Assembly: GCF_964188315.1 (NCBI RefSeq)
Contig: NC_135667.1
Span: forward strand, 11,966,001-12,030,000
Length of the DNA: 64,000 bases
Direction of reading: 5' to 3'
Source: Podarcis muralis
Lineage: Eukaryota
This document shows positions 63,491-64,000 of the stretch, in pieces. A program made the position numbers and the translations under genes. Numbering within the stretch: position 1 is the first letter of the stretch; the number at the start of each line of letters is the position of its first letter. The notes below the pieces were generated by a model, which had not been told where the DNA came from, did no database searches, and saw only the letters and a list, made by a program, of their open reading frames with translations.

Positions 63491-63868
63491 TGGTGTTTCC
63501 TGCTTGGCAGGGGGTTGGACTCGATGGCCCTTGTGGTCTCTTCCAACTCTATGATTCTATGATTCTATGATTCTATGATTCTATAAGAGGCCATTTTAGC
63601 TGAAACATCCTTACAGATGAATATAAAAGTAATACTAATATTACTTTTCTCTAGTTATCAGTCATGGCCAACTTAACCATCTCTAGTAATAAAATCTATG
63701 TATAGATTGTAAGTGATACGCTGAACTGAAACTTGCTGTTAAATGTCAACTATGATTAACCTACTGTTTGGATACCTAAAACTCCACTACGGTGAAGAGA
63801 AAATCTACGTATTACAGGGACTGCTGTTGCACCCATAGATATAATGAGTTTTTCTGCTTGCGGAATAC

Positions 63869-64000
63869 CTGCCATGGCTGTTGATTAATAAGGTTCCATG
63901 TTCTTTCACTGACTTTTGCTATGTTTTTGAATTTAAATGAATACATAGCATGTAAACCTTCTGCCACTGCATGTACAGCATTGTAGATACTATAGCTGTG
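63869..64000 (-). CDS. V2R gene E exon 3, 3' end (truncated by window edge)
   Basis: HSYSIYNAVHAVAEGLHAMYSFKF...QQPWQ then donor gtattc. Confidence 0.9.

Larger units (their letters stand above)
59112..63584 (+). mobile_element. CR1 LINE, apparently full length, antisense in intron 3 of gene E
   Basis: 5' UTR with tandem repeat, ORF1, ORF2, 3' (ATTCTATG)n tail; candidate TSD AAGAG at 59107 and 63585. Confidence 0.95.
55358..64000 (-). other. VMN2R: V2R gene E, partial (exon 3 3' end to exon 6); 5' part beyond the right edge
   Basis: join complement(63869..>64000,57878..58102,56866..56992,55358..56268); all in frame. Confidence 0.9.

Overview
Eukaryotic DNA, almost certainly squamate (Sauria SINEs, BovB, CR1, L2, L1, hAT and Tc1/mariner MITEs). 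The window is part of a vomeronasal type-2 receptor (V2R, class C GPCR) gene cluster. By reading splice sites and phases by hand I reconstruct four complete, in-frame six-exon genes: A (-, 3652-14075), B (-, 15622-25630), C (-, 27773-36073) and D (+, 40568-51830). There are also two partial genes: exon 1 of a gene running off the left edge (gene 0) and exons 3(part)-6 of gene E (-, 55358->64000). Intron 3 of E holds an apparently full-length CR1 LINE with two open ORFs and a tandemly repeated 5' UTR. The most unusual structure concerns the convergent genes D and E. They share a near-identical 3' half of the 7TM exon plus 3' UTR as an inverted repeat, while their 5' halves are divergent. Directly behind E's 3' UTR lies an orphan, still in-frame TM7 plus C-tail of a third V2R type. 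A similar orphan 3' end of exon 3 lies just behind exon 3 of gene C. Together these suggest repeated 'replace-and-displace' exon-segment exchange between paralogues. A motif of about 40-80 bp recurs about 170-220 bp upstream of the signal-peptide region of all five exon 1 copies. No CRISPR, rRNA or genuine tRNA genes are supported. All alignments and identities were done by eye.
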